A stretch of 64,000 nucleotides of DNA, from the NCBI GenBank assembly GCA_977020255.1, contig CDROCS010000506.1, forward strand, positions 806,001 through 870,000, written 5' to 3'. Of this stretch, positions 30,172 through 40,374 are shown piece by piece. A program made the position numbers and the translations under genes. Source of the DNA: Obrimoposthia wandeli. Taxonomy: Eukaryota. A model generated the notes under the pieces. The model was not told where the DNA came from. It saw only the letters and a list, made by a program, of their open reading frames with translations, and did not search any database. Numbering within the stretch: position 1 is the first letter of the stretch; the number at the start of each line of letters is the position of its first letter.

Positions 30172-31656
30172 CTAGCTTTTAACTCCTTGAAATAGCGGTA
30201 GAGATCCATTCGTAAAACGTTTCAAATTCGGAAATAATATATTTACCTCATCTGTCGATGCCCCAAACCAGGCTGCCAAACTGGCATTGATTTGCGTTAA
30301 AGATGTGGTAGGAAGTAGCCTGCCACTACGATAATCATCGGTTCCACCACGTAACATAATTGGCCACTGACCATATAATCCGCCCTGTACAGCACCACCC
30401 AAAACCAGTTGATGCGAGCCCCAACCATGATCGGTACCACTGCCATTACTGGTTAAAGTGCGACCAAAATCAGAGGCTGTAAATGTAGTGACTTGCTGGG
30501 TTAACGACAACGACGCGAGGGCTTGTTGAAAACTGGTTATTGCACGACTTAGCTCTGCCAATAACAACGGCTGCTTATCAATCTGTCCAGCATGGGTATC
30601 AAAACCACCTAACTCGACCATAAAGACTTGGCGTTGCATGCCCAAACTTTCACGTAACAAAATTGTTTGCGCTACCGCGGCTAATTGCCGAGACAATTTA
30701 CCGTCATCAAAAAAAGCATCAATTTTGGCTAATGCTTTGCTATTTTTAGTCCACAACTGCGTTAATACTGTGGCGAGGTCTTGCGCTGAGGTTAATTTAC
30801 CGCGCATAACGCGAATTAATACATCATCACTGGGTAAGGACTGTAAAGCTTGTACGGTTGCGGTTCTAGCCTGTTGTCTTTTATTGCCCTTCTCATCCAA
30901 TCCGATAATTTTACCCGGCTTGCCGGGGGCTAATACCGCGCCGACTGAATGTTCGCCACGTAACCACTGATTACTGCCATGGAAAGAAATGCCCATAGGT
31001 AAAACTGCGTTTGCTTTTTCCTGTTTTAAGTCCTGTTTTAAGCCATGTTTTAAACCCTGCTTTAAACTAGGCAACTCGGTCATATTCCCAGCCCAACCAG
31101 TCGTTACATTATTGTCACCAATACCGGAATAAACCGCTTTACGTTGTTGGTTATGGGCAAATAAAAAGGCCGGTTTACGTTTCTTATTTTGTTTAAATTC
31201 TTCACGACTACCTGGTTCAATCAATACCCCGGTATTAGCAATCACAGCAACTTGTTTATCTCCAGCTAACGCTTGCAGTCCTTCCATACCCGGATGAAAA
31301 CTTAACGCGTGCTGCTGACCAGATCGATCACGTAACATGATCGGTAATAATTGCTTGCTGTAACGAGCATCCCCTTTATTGGCCAAGTACTGCGGTTGAT
31401 TAACATAATACGGTACCGCCAATGCTTGGCGGGTGTCCATGTAGTTCTGGTATTGCGGATGAGGGGTATCAGGAAATACCATATTAAATGCATCATTACC
31501 GCCATTGAGCATGATGCAAACCAATCCCTTGTAATCGCTTGCCCCATGCTGTTTGTCTGCAATGACTTGCAATGCCTGCAGTGGATTTGATTGTAGTAAT
31601 GCAGTTGATGCGCCGAGCAATCCAAATGCCTTAAGTATTTCCCTGCGTAAAATCAT
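30172..31656 (-). CDS. DUF1501 family protein with Tat-like signal peptide
   Basis: MILRREILKAFG; DYKGLVCIMLNGGND; LFAHNQQ; GGFDTH; TASDFGRTLTSNGSGTDHGWG. Confidence 0.9.
   Translation of the reverse strand: MILRREILKAFGLLGASTALLQSNPLQALQVIADKQHGASDYKGLVCIMLNGGNDAFNMVFPDTPHPQYQNYMDTRQALAVPYYVNQPQYLANKGDARYSKQLLPIMLRDRSGQQHALSFHPGMEGLQALAGDKQVAVIANTGVLIEPGSREEFKQNKKRKPAFLFAHNQQRKAVYSGIGDNNVTTGWAGNMTELPSLKQGLKHGLKQDLKQEKANAVLPMGISFHGSNQWLRGEHSVGAVLAPGKPGKIIGLDEKGNKRQQARTATVQALQSLPSDDVLIRVMRGKLTSAQDLATVLTQLWTKNSKALAKIDAFFDDGKLSRQLAAVAQTILLRESLGMQRQVFMVELGGFDTHAGQIDKQPLLLAELSRAITSFQQALASLSLTQQVTTFTASDFGRTLTSNGSGTDHGWGSHQLVLGGAVQGGLYGQWPIMLRGGTDDYRSGRLLPTTSLTQINASLAAWFGASTDEVNILFPNLKRFTNGSLPLFQGVKS
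31021..31068. repeat. Four degenerate 12-bp in-frame repeats inside the DUF1501 gene
   Basis: CTGTTTTAAGTC, CTGTTTTAAGCC, ATGTTTTAAACC, CTGCTTTAAACT (encoding SLKQ GLKH GLKQ DLKQ). Confidence 0.8.
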
Positions 31657-31667
31657 GGTGATAATTC

Positions 31668-33524
31668 CTAAGGCTGTACGGCGTAATCAGCAGAGCTGAC
31701 AATTAAGTAAATGGCTTCTTTTAACTGCCTTTTCTGGCCTTTAATATTATTCAGGTGTAACTGTAACTGCGCTTTAAATGCAGGTGTCATTTTTCCTGCC
31801 AGTAATAGTTGATCAAGATAATCCAGCATATCAACACTGTTATCAGCAAGCGCTAAGGGCTCGGTCAGATCTAAATCAAAATTGGCTTTATTTGACATAG
31901 TTTGTTTAAACATCAACGACAGTTGCTTGATGATAAGCGGGTCGACCATAATCTGTGATTCAGGCGACACAGTAGTCATTTGCTGGTTAGCTAGAATGCC
32001 TTTCGATGAGCCTGCATTCGACTGTTCACTTTCTTCAGTACGTTCTTGAACGTTACCTTGAACGTTACCTTGAACGTTACCTTGAACGTTACCTTGAGCA
32101 TTACCTTGGAAATCGTCTTGAATATCACTCTCAAAACCGGAGCTGTAATTCGCTTTAAAATCTGGCTGATAGAAATTAAACACTGAATCAGCGCGCATTG
32201 CACCCTGACCAAATGTGCTACTCAGCTGACGTAATTGATAATGTTCTGACTTTGGCGTTGCTGAAAACGCGCGTAAAAAGCCAATATAATTCAACAAAGG
32301 TTCTTTTAATTTTAACGCGGGAGAGTTTAGCGGTGCTTGGGCATCATCATCGAGTAAAATAGCTTGTACTACCGCGCCTAAATCACCACGTTCACCGTCG
32401 CCATTATCATTAAAGACTGTCGCTATACGTTTAATATATTCAGGAGAAGGATTTGATGACACTAAACGTTGGATCAATTGACGACTAATAAAAGGCCCAA
32501 CATTCGGGTGATTAAATAATAAGTCTAAACTTGCAGACAATTCTTTATCCGCTTTCATGCCTGCTTTTATTGATTGACCAAATAATTGCTTTTCATTGTA
32601 GTCATGCTGCTTTGGTGACAATTCCATAAAGGTATCGTAACGACCAGTTCGGCGATTACCATAACGCTTGTTTTCAACCAGATCCCAACCGGTAAATACC
32701 CGTGCTAAATTTTCAACATCACCTTGTTGATAGCTAGGTAGTTTATTGCCCTGCTTGTCTAAAATAGCTTGTCCGCTAATATCTAATTGATACAAACCTA
32801 TACTGAATAATTGCATCACTTCGCGAGCATAATTTTCATCGGGAAAAGTATTTTTATTGAGATTGGCTTTACGGTTACCCTGCATCGAAAGGTAAACGCC
32901 CATTGCAGGTGATAAAGTCACATCTTGTAACAAATCTCGATAGTTACCAAAGCTGTGTTTGACTAATAAATCGTAATACCACGCTAAGCCATCGCCGTAT
33001 TTAGCCAGTGGCGGTTCTTTACTTGATACCACTAATATCTGTGACAAGGCAAACGCCACGCGCTGACGTAGTTGATCTTGCGCCGTTAGTGCATGCTCTA
33101 ACCAAACAGATTCTTGCGCTTTTAAACAGGCGCGAGGATTTGGCGATTTGTTGTTTTCTACCTTGCTCGTATTAGCACTGTCAGAGCCATCGACTATATT
33201 TGTTGCGGGAGTAATCGAACCATCACAGTATTGGGTCGTTAAAGGATAATGCCAGCTTGGTGCTAATTGCATCTGCGTCGCGATCCATTGCTGACGTGTG
33301 ACTTGCTGCGCATTTAACAGCGTTTCAGGCGTAGGTCCAAAACTACCTTGGTATAATAATTTTACTGCGGCATTGGTTACTGACGGTGATTGATTCATCG
33401 ACAGTGCTGTAGTGTAACTATTGGCTTGTGTCACTGCTGTGCTGTTACTCGCCGCAGCAGAGCTTAAATTTAAGCAAGCCAACAAAGTACAACTGATACC
33501 GTTCACAAATAAAGATTTACTCAT
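31668..33524 (-). CDS. DUF1800 family protein
   Basis: Signal peptide; DQLRQRVAFALSQILVVS; VTLSPAMGVYLS; PDENYAREVMQLFSIGL; HPNVGPFISRQLIQRLVSSNPSP; KLKEP. Confidence 0.92.
   Translation of the reverse strand: MSKSLFVNGISCTLLACLNLSSAAASNSTAVTQANSYTTALSMNQSPSVTNAAVKLLYQGSFGPTPETLLNAQQVTRQQWIATQMQLAPSWHYPLTTQYCDGSITPATNIVDGSDSANTSKVENNKSPNPRACLKAQESVWLEHALTAQDQLRQRVAFALSQILVVSSKEPPLAKYGDGLAWYYDLLVKHSFGNYRDLLQDVTLSPAMGVYLSMQGNRKANLNKNTFPDENYAREVMQLFSIGLYQLDISGQAILDKQGNKLPSYQQGDVENLARVFTGWDLVENKRYGNRRTGRYDTFMELSPKQHDYNEKQLFGQSIKAGMKADKELSASLDLLFNHPNVGPFISRQLIQRLVSSNPSPEYIKRIATVFNDNGDGERGDLGAVVQAILLDDDAQAPLNSPALKLKEPLLNYIGFLRAFSATPKSEHYQLRQLSSTFGQGAMRADSVFNFYQPDFKANYSSGFESDIQDDFQGNAQGNVQGNVQGNVQGNVQERTEESEQSNAGSSKGILANQQMTTVSPESQIMVDPLIIKQLSLMFKQTMSNKANFDLDLTEPLALADNSVDMLDYLDQLLLAGKMTPAFKAQLQLHLNNIKGQKRQLKEAIYLIVSSADYAVQP
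32046..32108. repeat. In-frame 12-bp VNTR in the DUF1800 gene (QGNV x4 plus QGNA)
   Basis: TTGAACGTTACC x4 followed by TTGAGCATTACC. Confidence 0.92.
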
Positions 33525-33533
33525 CCTAGATCA

Positions 33534-33591
33534 CATCCTTAAAAACGGTGACCCTTGAATATATGCTGATTTTGTTTTTACGACAGTGATC
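33534..33591. repeat. Direct repeat copy A (DUF1800 upstream region)
   Basis: Matches 41375-41431 with two substitutions and one indel; the last 39 bp are identical. Confidence 0.92.
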
Positions 33592-33774
33592 TATGTCTCC
33601 TATCTTAGACTTGACTTGACTCGTTTCGTAAGTCCCAGATATATAATTAATACCTACTGTTTAAAAACAGTAATTGAACCGCGCCCCCACTGATTAAGTG
33701 TAAAGTGACCAAGTAAAAGAAAGTACACAAGTGGTATCCCTAAACACAGTACACGGCTAATTTAACATCGTTTT

Positions 33775-34947
33775 TTAAAACATTGGGTAATGAACCGGTG
33801 AATACCCTTGTTTCATCGCATCAACCATTTTTAGCATTATTGGTAATGCGTGTTTAAAAAACACCTCATAACCCTCGCATAAAACGTTATGCTCTTCTCC
33901 GTTGCTGGTTTTACGGATTCTATTTTTTGGGCATCCGCCATTACATAATGGTTTAAAATCACAGCGTAAACATTTTTGGCTTAGAGAATCATGTTTATCT
34001 TGCCCGAATTTTTTTTGTTCTGCAGAACTAACTATATCCGCTAATAACGCGTTGTCATGATGAATATTACCCACCTTGTAGTCATCGTAACCGTAATGAT
34101 CACAACTGAATACGTCACCATTAGACTCCATCATTAATTGTTGCCCGCAAGTATCAGCATGGTGACACATTTGGCTTTGCTGTCCCATCAGGATCATTAA
34201 ACAATTCTCAAAAAATTGAACATAGATTTTACCAATATCATTAACTGCCCACTCATCAAACACATCACACAAAAATTGTCCCCACTGCTTGCCTGATAAA
34301 GTCCAATCGTAATCAAAACGACGGTCCATTTCATGATCGATACAGGGCTGGAATTGCAAATATGTGCTGCCATTGTTTTTTAAAAAATTATAAATAGCCT
34401 TGCCGTGTTTGTAACTTTTATTATTAATAACCGTAAGAGTATTGAATTCGACGTTATGATCTTTCAAATGACGTATGCCACGCATGGTTCGTTCAAACGA
34501 AGAGTTTCCTGATTTATCGATTCTCGCAATATCATTAATAAGCTGAGGACCATCAATACTGATCCCGACCAAAAAATGATGAGCAGAAAAAAAGGAAGCC
34601 CAACGGTCATTAATTAAGGTGCCATTAGTTTGAATGGTATTTTTAATCGGCGTACTTGAACCTTGCTGTTGTTGTAATTTAATGGCCGATTGGTAAAAAT
34701 CTAAACCTCTCATCATTGGTTCCCCACCGTGCCAAATAAAATCAATAACAGGCGTTTGGATGGGTTGAGATTGCATATGATTAACGATCATTTTTTCTAA
34801 TGTCTCGCTATCCATACCTGGCTTTTTTTTATCTTCATTCTTGAGGTAATAACAGTAGTGACAATCTAAATTACATTTTGCACTTTCAGATTTTATAAAC
34901 AGACTGTAAGGCGTTGTAGTAGTGACATTAGGCGTAGGCGTAGACAT
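33775..34947 (-). CDS. Anaerobic sulfatase-maturating enzyme (radical SAM/SPASM; AslB/ChuR family)
   Basis: CNLDCHYC; WHGGEPM; QTNGTLI; GISIDGP; SPASM cysteines CHHADTCG, CDHY, C..C...C.GGCPK.R, LCEGY. Confidence 0.93.
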   Translation of the reverse strand: MSTPTPNVTTTTPYSLFIKSESAKCNLDCHYCYYLKNEDKKKPGMDSETLEKMIVNHMQSQPIQTPVIDFIWHGGEPMMRGLDFYQSAIKLQQQQGSSTPIKNTIQTNGTLINDRWASFFSAHHFLVGISIDGPQLINDIARIDKSGNSSFERTMRGIRHLKDHNVEFNTLTVINNKSYKHGKAIYNFLKNNGSTYLQFQPCIDHEMDRRFDYDWTLSGKQWGQFLCDVFDEWAVNDIGKIYVQFFENCLMILMGQQSQMCHHADTCGQQLMMESNGDVFSCDHYGYDDYKVGNIHHDNALLADIVSSAEQKKFGQDKHDSLSQKCLRCDFKPLCNGGCPKNRIRKTSNGEEHNVLCEGYEVFFKHALPIMLKMVDAMKQGYSPVHYPMF

Positions 34948-35114
34948 AACATTGATTACCTTGTTTATAAGTCATAAGTTACATCTATTAATTTAATGAA
35001 TTACATAGCCATAGTCGAATTGCATTTTTTAATAGAGGTTATTCATTCTTACAATTTTCCTTATTTATAAAGAGCCGTTAGTCTGAATTAGTCTTTATTA
35101 TTTGAGGTGTCACG

Positions 35115-36512
35115 ATGAAAAAATCAATCATAGTAAGCGTAATAGCGAGCAGTTTGTTAAGTAGTACAGTGGTGTTTGCTAATGAATTAACGCCAATTAA
35201 TCCCCAAGAGGAATTAGCTTATAATTTAGGATTACAGGCCTTTATTTATGGCGCAGGACCATTAACCGTAGCTCAAGTAAGAGCGGCATCAACTAACGTG
35301 ACTACCCCTATGGATAATGGAGCTGCGCCTTTAAATATGATGGGGAAAACTCTCCGGCTTGCAGGACCTGAAGACAAAGTAGTACCAACCGTCAATAATG
35401 ATACCCTTTACTCTCAATCACACATTAATTTAAATGATACAGGTCCATTGGTTATCGAAATCCCACCAACCAATAATCGTTATTTTATTGTGCAATTACT
35501 TGATGATTATTCTGAAGCGGTAGGAAACCTTATAGAAAAAAATGTTGGTGAAAATGGCGGTAAGTTCCTTCTTGTGAATAAGGATTGGAAAGGCGTTGAA
35601 GGTGGTATTCCCGATGGTATTGATGGTGTTATTAAGTCAAGAACGCCATTAGTTTGGTACATTCAACGAACGGGTGTGTCAGGCGATAAAGACTTAACTG
35701 CCGCACTAAAAGTGCACGATGGCTTTATTAATTACCCATTATCTGAATTTGGACAAGTACATAAACCGGTTAAACTGACTCATGCAAAAACAGGCATTTC
35801 TCCAGTCCCTCGCCCCCAAGGACTCGATTGGTTTAAGTTGATCGACAGTGAATTACGTCATAATCCAATTGCTGCTGATGCGGCGATTGTGGATCAATTT
35901 AAATACATTGGTATTGGCGGTGACGAGTCTTTTAATCCGGATAACTTAACCGTAGATCAGAAAAAAGGACTCATGCGAGCCTTGAACGCCGCGCCTCAAG
36001 TCATTCAATACGCGAGTCGTGATTTAGGTATTAAGAATAATGGTTGGTCGATGATGTTCGAGGGCGGTAAATATGGTAATGATTTCCTGAGCCGAGCAAG
36101 TATCAACTTCCGTGCAGCAGGATTGAACACCAAAGAGCGCGCGCTATATCCAAATCGTTATACCGACTCTAAAAATCAACAACTCACAGGGAACAATAAC
36201 TATCGTATGACAATGACTGCCGATGCGCCTGCAAAAGCTTTTTGGTCATTAACGATGTATGATGCGAAAAATCTATTTATGATACCAAATAGCATTGACC
36301 GCTACTCCATATCGACAAATCGTAAAAATGAGCTGACGTACAACAAAGATGGTTCTTTAACGGTATGCATCCAAAACCTTAAACCAACAGATTCGAACTG
36401 TAATTGGTTGCCTGCACCTAAAGATGATTTCTATTTACACATGCGTTTATACGAACCAACACAAGCAGTACTAGATAATTCGTATGCACTTCCTCAAGTG
36501 ATAAAACAGTAA
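35115..36512 (+). CDS. Secreted DUF1254/DUF1214 domain protein
   Basis: Signal peptide; PTVNNDTLYS, RYFIVQLLD, FWSLTMYD, NWLPAPKDDFYLHMRLYEP. Confidence 0.88.
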   Translation: MKKSIIVSVIASSLLSSTVVFANELTPINPQEELAYNLGLQAFIYGAGPLTVAQVRAASTNVTTPMDNGAAPLNMMGKTLRLAGPEDKVVPTVNNDTLYSQSHINLNDTGPLVIEIPPTNNRYFIVQLLDDYSEAVGNLIEKNVGENGGKFLLVNKDWKGVEGGIPDGIDGVIKSRTPLVWYIQRTGVSGDKDLTAALKVHDGFINYPLSEFGQVHKPVKLTHAKTGISPVPRPQGLDWFKLIDSELRHNPIAADAAIVDQFKYIGIGGDESFNPDNLTVDQKKGLMRALNAAPQVIQYASRDLGIKNNGWSMMFEGGKYGNDFLSRASINFRAAGLNTKERALYPNRYTDSKNQQLTGNNNYRMTMTADAPAKAFWSLTMYDAKNLFMIPNSIDRYSISTNRKNELTYNKDGSLTVCIQNLKPTDSNCNWLPAPKDDFYLHMRLYEPTQAVLDNSYALPQVIKQ

Positions 36513-36537
36513 GTTATTTATCTTTTAAAAGAGTGCA

Positions 36538-37065
36538 TTGATGATGAATAAAAACCATTCTTTAACCTTATTAAGTTCTGCTTTATTACTTTCATTCCAG
36601 GCTAATTCAGCCGGTACCTTAGTGCAGGAAATGAGCAAAATGACAGTAAGCACCGCAGGCGCAGGCAGTGCTGTATTGGCTGAGAATGCGTCTGTTGCGT
36701 ATTCGAATCCTGCGGGAATGAGTTATATTGAAGGCAATGCACTCAGCATTAATGCCGCACTTATGGACCTTAGTATTTATTATAATGATACGAACAATCC
36801 GAAAGACAGCAGTGGTAATGCCGGAGGCCTTCAGCCCTATGGCTCGCTATATTATGTCCATCAACTTAATGATGATGTGCATCTAGGCATAAGCGTGTCA
36901 GCTCAAGGGGGAAGTGCCCTTGATTATGGTCATGATTACGCCGGAGCGTTAACCTTAAATGATCTCAAGTTATCTGTAATTCAATTTAATCCAAGTGCTT
37001 CTTATCAAGTGAATGATACGTTATCTATTGGCGCGGGATTGCAAATTGACTATGCCACTCTATGA
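36538..37065 (+). pseudogene. 3'-truncated FadL/OmpP1-family outer-membrane channel
   Basis: AGAG.AV.AENAS..YSNPAGM hatch motif and NPSASYQVND; stops at 175 aa, far short of a full barrel, and has no C-terminal Phe. Confidence 0.75.
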
Positions 37066-37162
37066 CATATCAACGTCATCGTGACGTTGGGATTCATCGT
37101 TAGCGCTTGAATAAAAAAGGAATCAGTACAATAAGCAAAAGAGAGAGTGGTAAGTGTTTCAT
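37062..37162 (-). pseudogene. Relic 5' end of a secreted-protein gene (frameshifted and truncated)
   Basis: GAGGA RBS, then ATG AAA CAC...MKHLPLSLLLIVLIPFLF; the shifted frame continues SANDESQRHDDVDMS and ends at the fadL break. Confidence 0.5.
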
Positions 37163-37193
37163 GATAATCCTCAATATAAACATGATGGATAAT

Positions 37194-37220
37194 AAAAGAG
37201 GAGCGATAATGCTCCTCTTC
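37194..37220 (-). terminator. Terminator after the sulfatase gene
   Basis: AAGAGGAGC / GCTCCTCTT stem with an A-tract on the + strand. Confidence 0.75.
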
Positions 37221-37234
37221 TGGTTATTGTTTGA

Positions 37235-38773
37235 TTACTTCACTGAATTATCTGACATTCCAATGCCACCTGATTTTTGACGCGGTGGGAAGGCTTTCAG
37301 AGATTGTTGATATCCAACAATCGATTTTTGTATGGTTGGAACGATCCATGAACGTTCTTTCATCCACAAGAACCAACCATTCGTATCAATGCTGCGCTCG
37401 AATGGATCTGCTTTAATATCAAGGATAATACCAAGAGGCCATGCTTTAGCCGGTTCAGTCCATTCCGTTTTTGTTTTCAAGTGGACTTTCCAGTTATCTA
37501 CACGAACGGCATTTAAACTTTGTTCGTTGTAGAAATAAAATTCATGACGTTTACTTAGTCCTTTCTTGGTCAGCATATCCATTTGGTTGTAACCATCTAA
37601 ATGCACTTTATAATGGGTATCCCCTATTTTCGTGCCTTTTAAAAGGTCTTGTTTAACCTTTTTATCACCTGTTGCTGCAGCCATTAGGGTTGGAAGCCAA
37701 TCTTCAGAAGTCATGAAACCACTGGTGTACTCCCCTTCTGGAATGTGTCCAGGCCAGCTAATCAGCATTGGTACTCGGAAAGCGCCATCCCATGTTGTGC
37801 CTTTTTGACCTCGGAATTCTGCACTTCCTGCCATTGGCCAATGATCAAGGTTAATACCATTATCAGCAGTGAACATAATGATGGTGTTGTCTGTTTCACC
37901 AAGGGCATCGAGTTTATTCAACAACACCCCAATTTGGTCATCCAATTCTTTTAGTGCATCGAAATATTCAGTGTGACCACTTGCCCCTAAATACTCATCT
38001 TTTACGTGTATTTGTTGATGCATACGTGATGGGTTAAACCACATAAAGAAAGGTTTATCTGGTGTTTTCGCTTCGTGCTGATCTAACCAATCGGTAGAGA
38101 ATTTTACAAATTCGTCATCAATGGTTTTCATGCGTTCAGAACCCAGAGGACCTTTATCTTCAATACGTTGTTTTCCAACTTCCCCCCAACGAGACTGCAC
38201 CGTTTTGTCGTATTTATTGGTGGCAAAGCTGTGGACCATGTTGCGAGGGCGGCCAACAAAATCGGGATCCTCAGGGAAATTGGGTTGCTCTGGCATTTCC
38301 ATTACATTTAGGTGATATAAGAAACCATAGAACTCATCAAAACCATGTACGGTTGGTAAGAACTTATTGCGATCACCTAAGTGACTTTTCCCGACATGAA
38401 TAGTGTCATAGCCTTTCGCTTTAAGCATATCCGCAAGAGTAGGATCTTCTTTTTGTAGGCCTATGTTTGATCCCGGTTGACCAACCGTCGTTAAGCCGGT
38501 TCTAAATGGATATTGACCCGTAATAAACGCGCTTCGGCCTGCCGTTGAACTACCTTGAGCATAATAATCACTCACCATCATGCCGCGTTTGGCAATCCGG
38601 TCAATATTAGGGGTTTCAATCGCCCCTAAACCACGGTGATAGGCGGAAATATCCATTGGGCTAACATCATCAACCATGATCGTTATTATGTTTGGTTGAG
38701 TTTGAGCCGCATGAGCGCAAAAGGAAGTAACAGCGAGAGCTAAGGCTGTTTTTGCAATGATTTTTGTTTTCAT
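37235..38773 (-). CDS. Ser-type arylsulfatase (formylglycine-dependent), secreted
   Basis: PNIITIMVDD; signature S-T-A-G-R-SAFITG (Ser at the FGly position); GKSHLG; TADNG; GQKGTTWDGAFRVP. Confidence 0.93.
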   Translation of the reverse strand: MKTKIIAKTALALAVTSFCAHAAQTQPNIITIMVDDVSPMDISAYHRGLGAIETPNIDRIAKRGMMVSDYYAQGSSTAGRSAFITGQYPFRTGLTTVGQPGSNIGLQKEDPTLADMLKAKGYDTIHVGKSHLGDRNKFLPTVHGFDEFYGFLYHLNVMEMPEQPNFPEDPDFVGRPRNMVHSFATNKYDKTVQSRWGEVGKQRIEDKGPLGSERMKTIDDEFVKFSTDWLDQHEAKTPDKPFFMWFNPSRMHQQIHVKDEYLGASGHTEYFDALKELDDQIGVLLNKLDALGETDNTIIMFTADNGINLDHWPMAGSAEFRGQKGTTWDGAFRVPMLISWPGHIPEGEYTSGFMTSEDWLPTLMAAATGDKKVKQDLLKGTKIGDTHYKVHLDGYNQMDMLTKKGLSKRHEFYFYNEQSLNAVRVDNWKVHLKTKTEWTEPAKAWPLGIILDIKADPFERSIDTNGWFLWMKERSWIVPTIQKSIVGYQQSLKAFPPRQKSGGIGMSDNSVK

Positions 38774-38824
38774 TTCAAAGTACCTATAAGTAAAAAATAA
38801 TGGTTTCGATAATGGGTCTGCGTT

Positions 38825-40279
38825 TTACTTCATTGGATTAATTGGGGGCACAGTCCACTTCATATCGAGAATTTCTTGTGAAGGAATATATAAACGTGTG
38901 ATAGCGTAGAAGTTGCCAGTTGAGATTGGTAACCAATTAGTAAGCTGCTTGCTGTTATTTGGTTTTTGGTGAGACAAGATTAAATCAAAAGAACCGTCTT
39001 TATTTTTCTGAATCGGTGTCTGGTCATTAATGTTAAAACGTTGTATTTCATTACCAATCAGCATTTTTGTTTTTGCGTCATATACGGTGATAGACCAAAA
39101 TGAATCAACTGGTGGCACGGTTTTAAAATGCATCGAGTATTGGCTATGACCAGATAACAATTTTCCTTTTGAGTCGGTATAAGTAATTGGATACATAGCT
39201 TCTTTCGCGCCCTGCCCACCTAAGTAAGGGTGTGATATTAGTGATCTGAGTGCATTATCATCGCCAAATTGGTCAAGAACAAAAGAGTAATACCAACCAT
39301 CTTTCATTTTCAACGTGACAGGATTTGAACTTTGAGCCGCAACTATTTTCTGACCATCTTTAACCGCTTTTTCCAGTTGCAATTTCATCGTAAGGGTTAA
39401 TTTTGAGCGGTCAAAACCATTTTTACTTAATCCAATTTTATTGAATTGACCTAACAATGCCTGCTGACGCTTAGGGATAGGATTAACTTTTAGGTAAGCG
39501 CCAAGTTCCTCATAAAAACGCAGCGGGTCATTTACTTCTCCCGCTTGTGGGGGCAATACTGGTGAGATTAATTCCGCTGGATCTTGCGATAGATATTTGC
39601 TGAGTGGCGTTAACGTGTATTGGTCTTGTATAGCATGAACCGTTGGGTAATCTTTTTCATCAAATACTTGAGTACGACCCCATAACCAGACTTTTGTAGT
39701 TGGGGCTTCAACTACCTTGATACCTTTAGGTACATCTCCTTGCCAATAAGGTGGCACAATCATGATCTCTTGAGATGTCTCTCCCGTTGCTCGTGTTCCT
39801 ACGTACTTAAACAAGTTATGCCACATATCAAACATATCGATAACAAAGTAACGATCTTTTACTGTAGGCGTAGAGAGAATAATCGGTTCATTTGAGAGAT
39901 CGACAATTGCACTTGAATATAATGTGTCTCGATTGGCCGTTGGCATGTCCGTATCTTGATCTGTTGGAAGCCGACGAGCATGACCAAAATGATTTAAAGG
40001 TGCTCGGTAGCTGGTATCATTTTGAGCTTGAGACATATCCGTATATTGGCGAGCGACTTGTTCCATACGAACGAGTGTCGAACCCCATAAATACGCATTG
40101 GTTGCGAGTAAATAACTTTCTTGATCAAGCCAAGTCGTTGCTTGATCCTGCTGTATTTGTAGTGAGGGTGTCGATACGGGTGATTTAAGTTCCTGAGCAT
40201 TAATACTCAGCGAGCTCATTAAAATACTTGTAACGATGGCGGCAGTAATTTGTTTTTTAAACATCAGCGGCTCCTTCAA
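38825..40279 (-). CDS. Secreted DUF1254/DUF1214 domain protein (second copy)
   Basis: PTANRDTLYS, RYFVIDMFDMW, FWSITVYD, NWLPI...RLYIP. Confidence 0.88.
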   Translation of the reverse strand: MKEPLMFKKQITAAIVTSILMSSLSINAQELKSPVSTPSLQIQQDQATTWLDQESYLLATNAYLWGSTLVRMEQVARQYTDMSQAQNDTSYRAPLNHFGHARRLPTDQDTDMPTANRDTLYSSAIVDLSNEPIILSTPTVKDRYFVIDMFDMWHNLFKYVGTRATGETSQEIMIVPPYWQGDVPKGIKVVEAPTTKVWLWGRTQVFDEKDYPTVHAIQDQYTLTPLSKYLSQDPAELISPVLPPQAGEVNDPLRFYEELGAYLKVNPIPKRQQALLGQFNKIGLSKNGFDRSKLTLTMKLQLEKAVKDGQKIVAAQSSNPVTLKMKDGWYYSFVLDQFGDDNALRSLISHPYLGGQGAKEAMYPITYTDSKGKLLSGHSQYSMHFKTVPPVDSFWSITVYDAKTKMLIGNEIQRFNINDQTPIQKNKDGSFDLILSHQKPNNSKQLTNWLPISTGNFYAITRLYIPSQEILDMKWTVPPINPMK

Positions 40280-40374
40280 ATGATAGGAACAGCTTACGTT
40301 TTTTGATTAAAAATTATCTCTATACTCTCTATTACTATTTTTAATAAAGATAGCGTTAGATAAAAAATAAACAG

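Noticed and set aside
33655-33672. TACTGTTT-AA-AAACAGTA palindrome as a LexA (SOS) box
   Set aside because: The spacer between CTGT and ACAG is 6 bp, not the required 8; it may still be another operator
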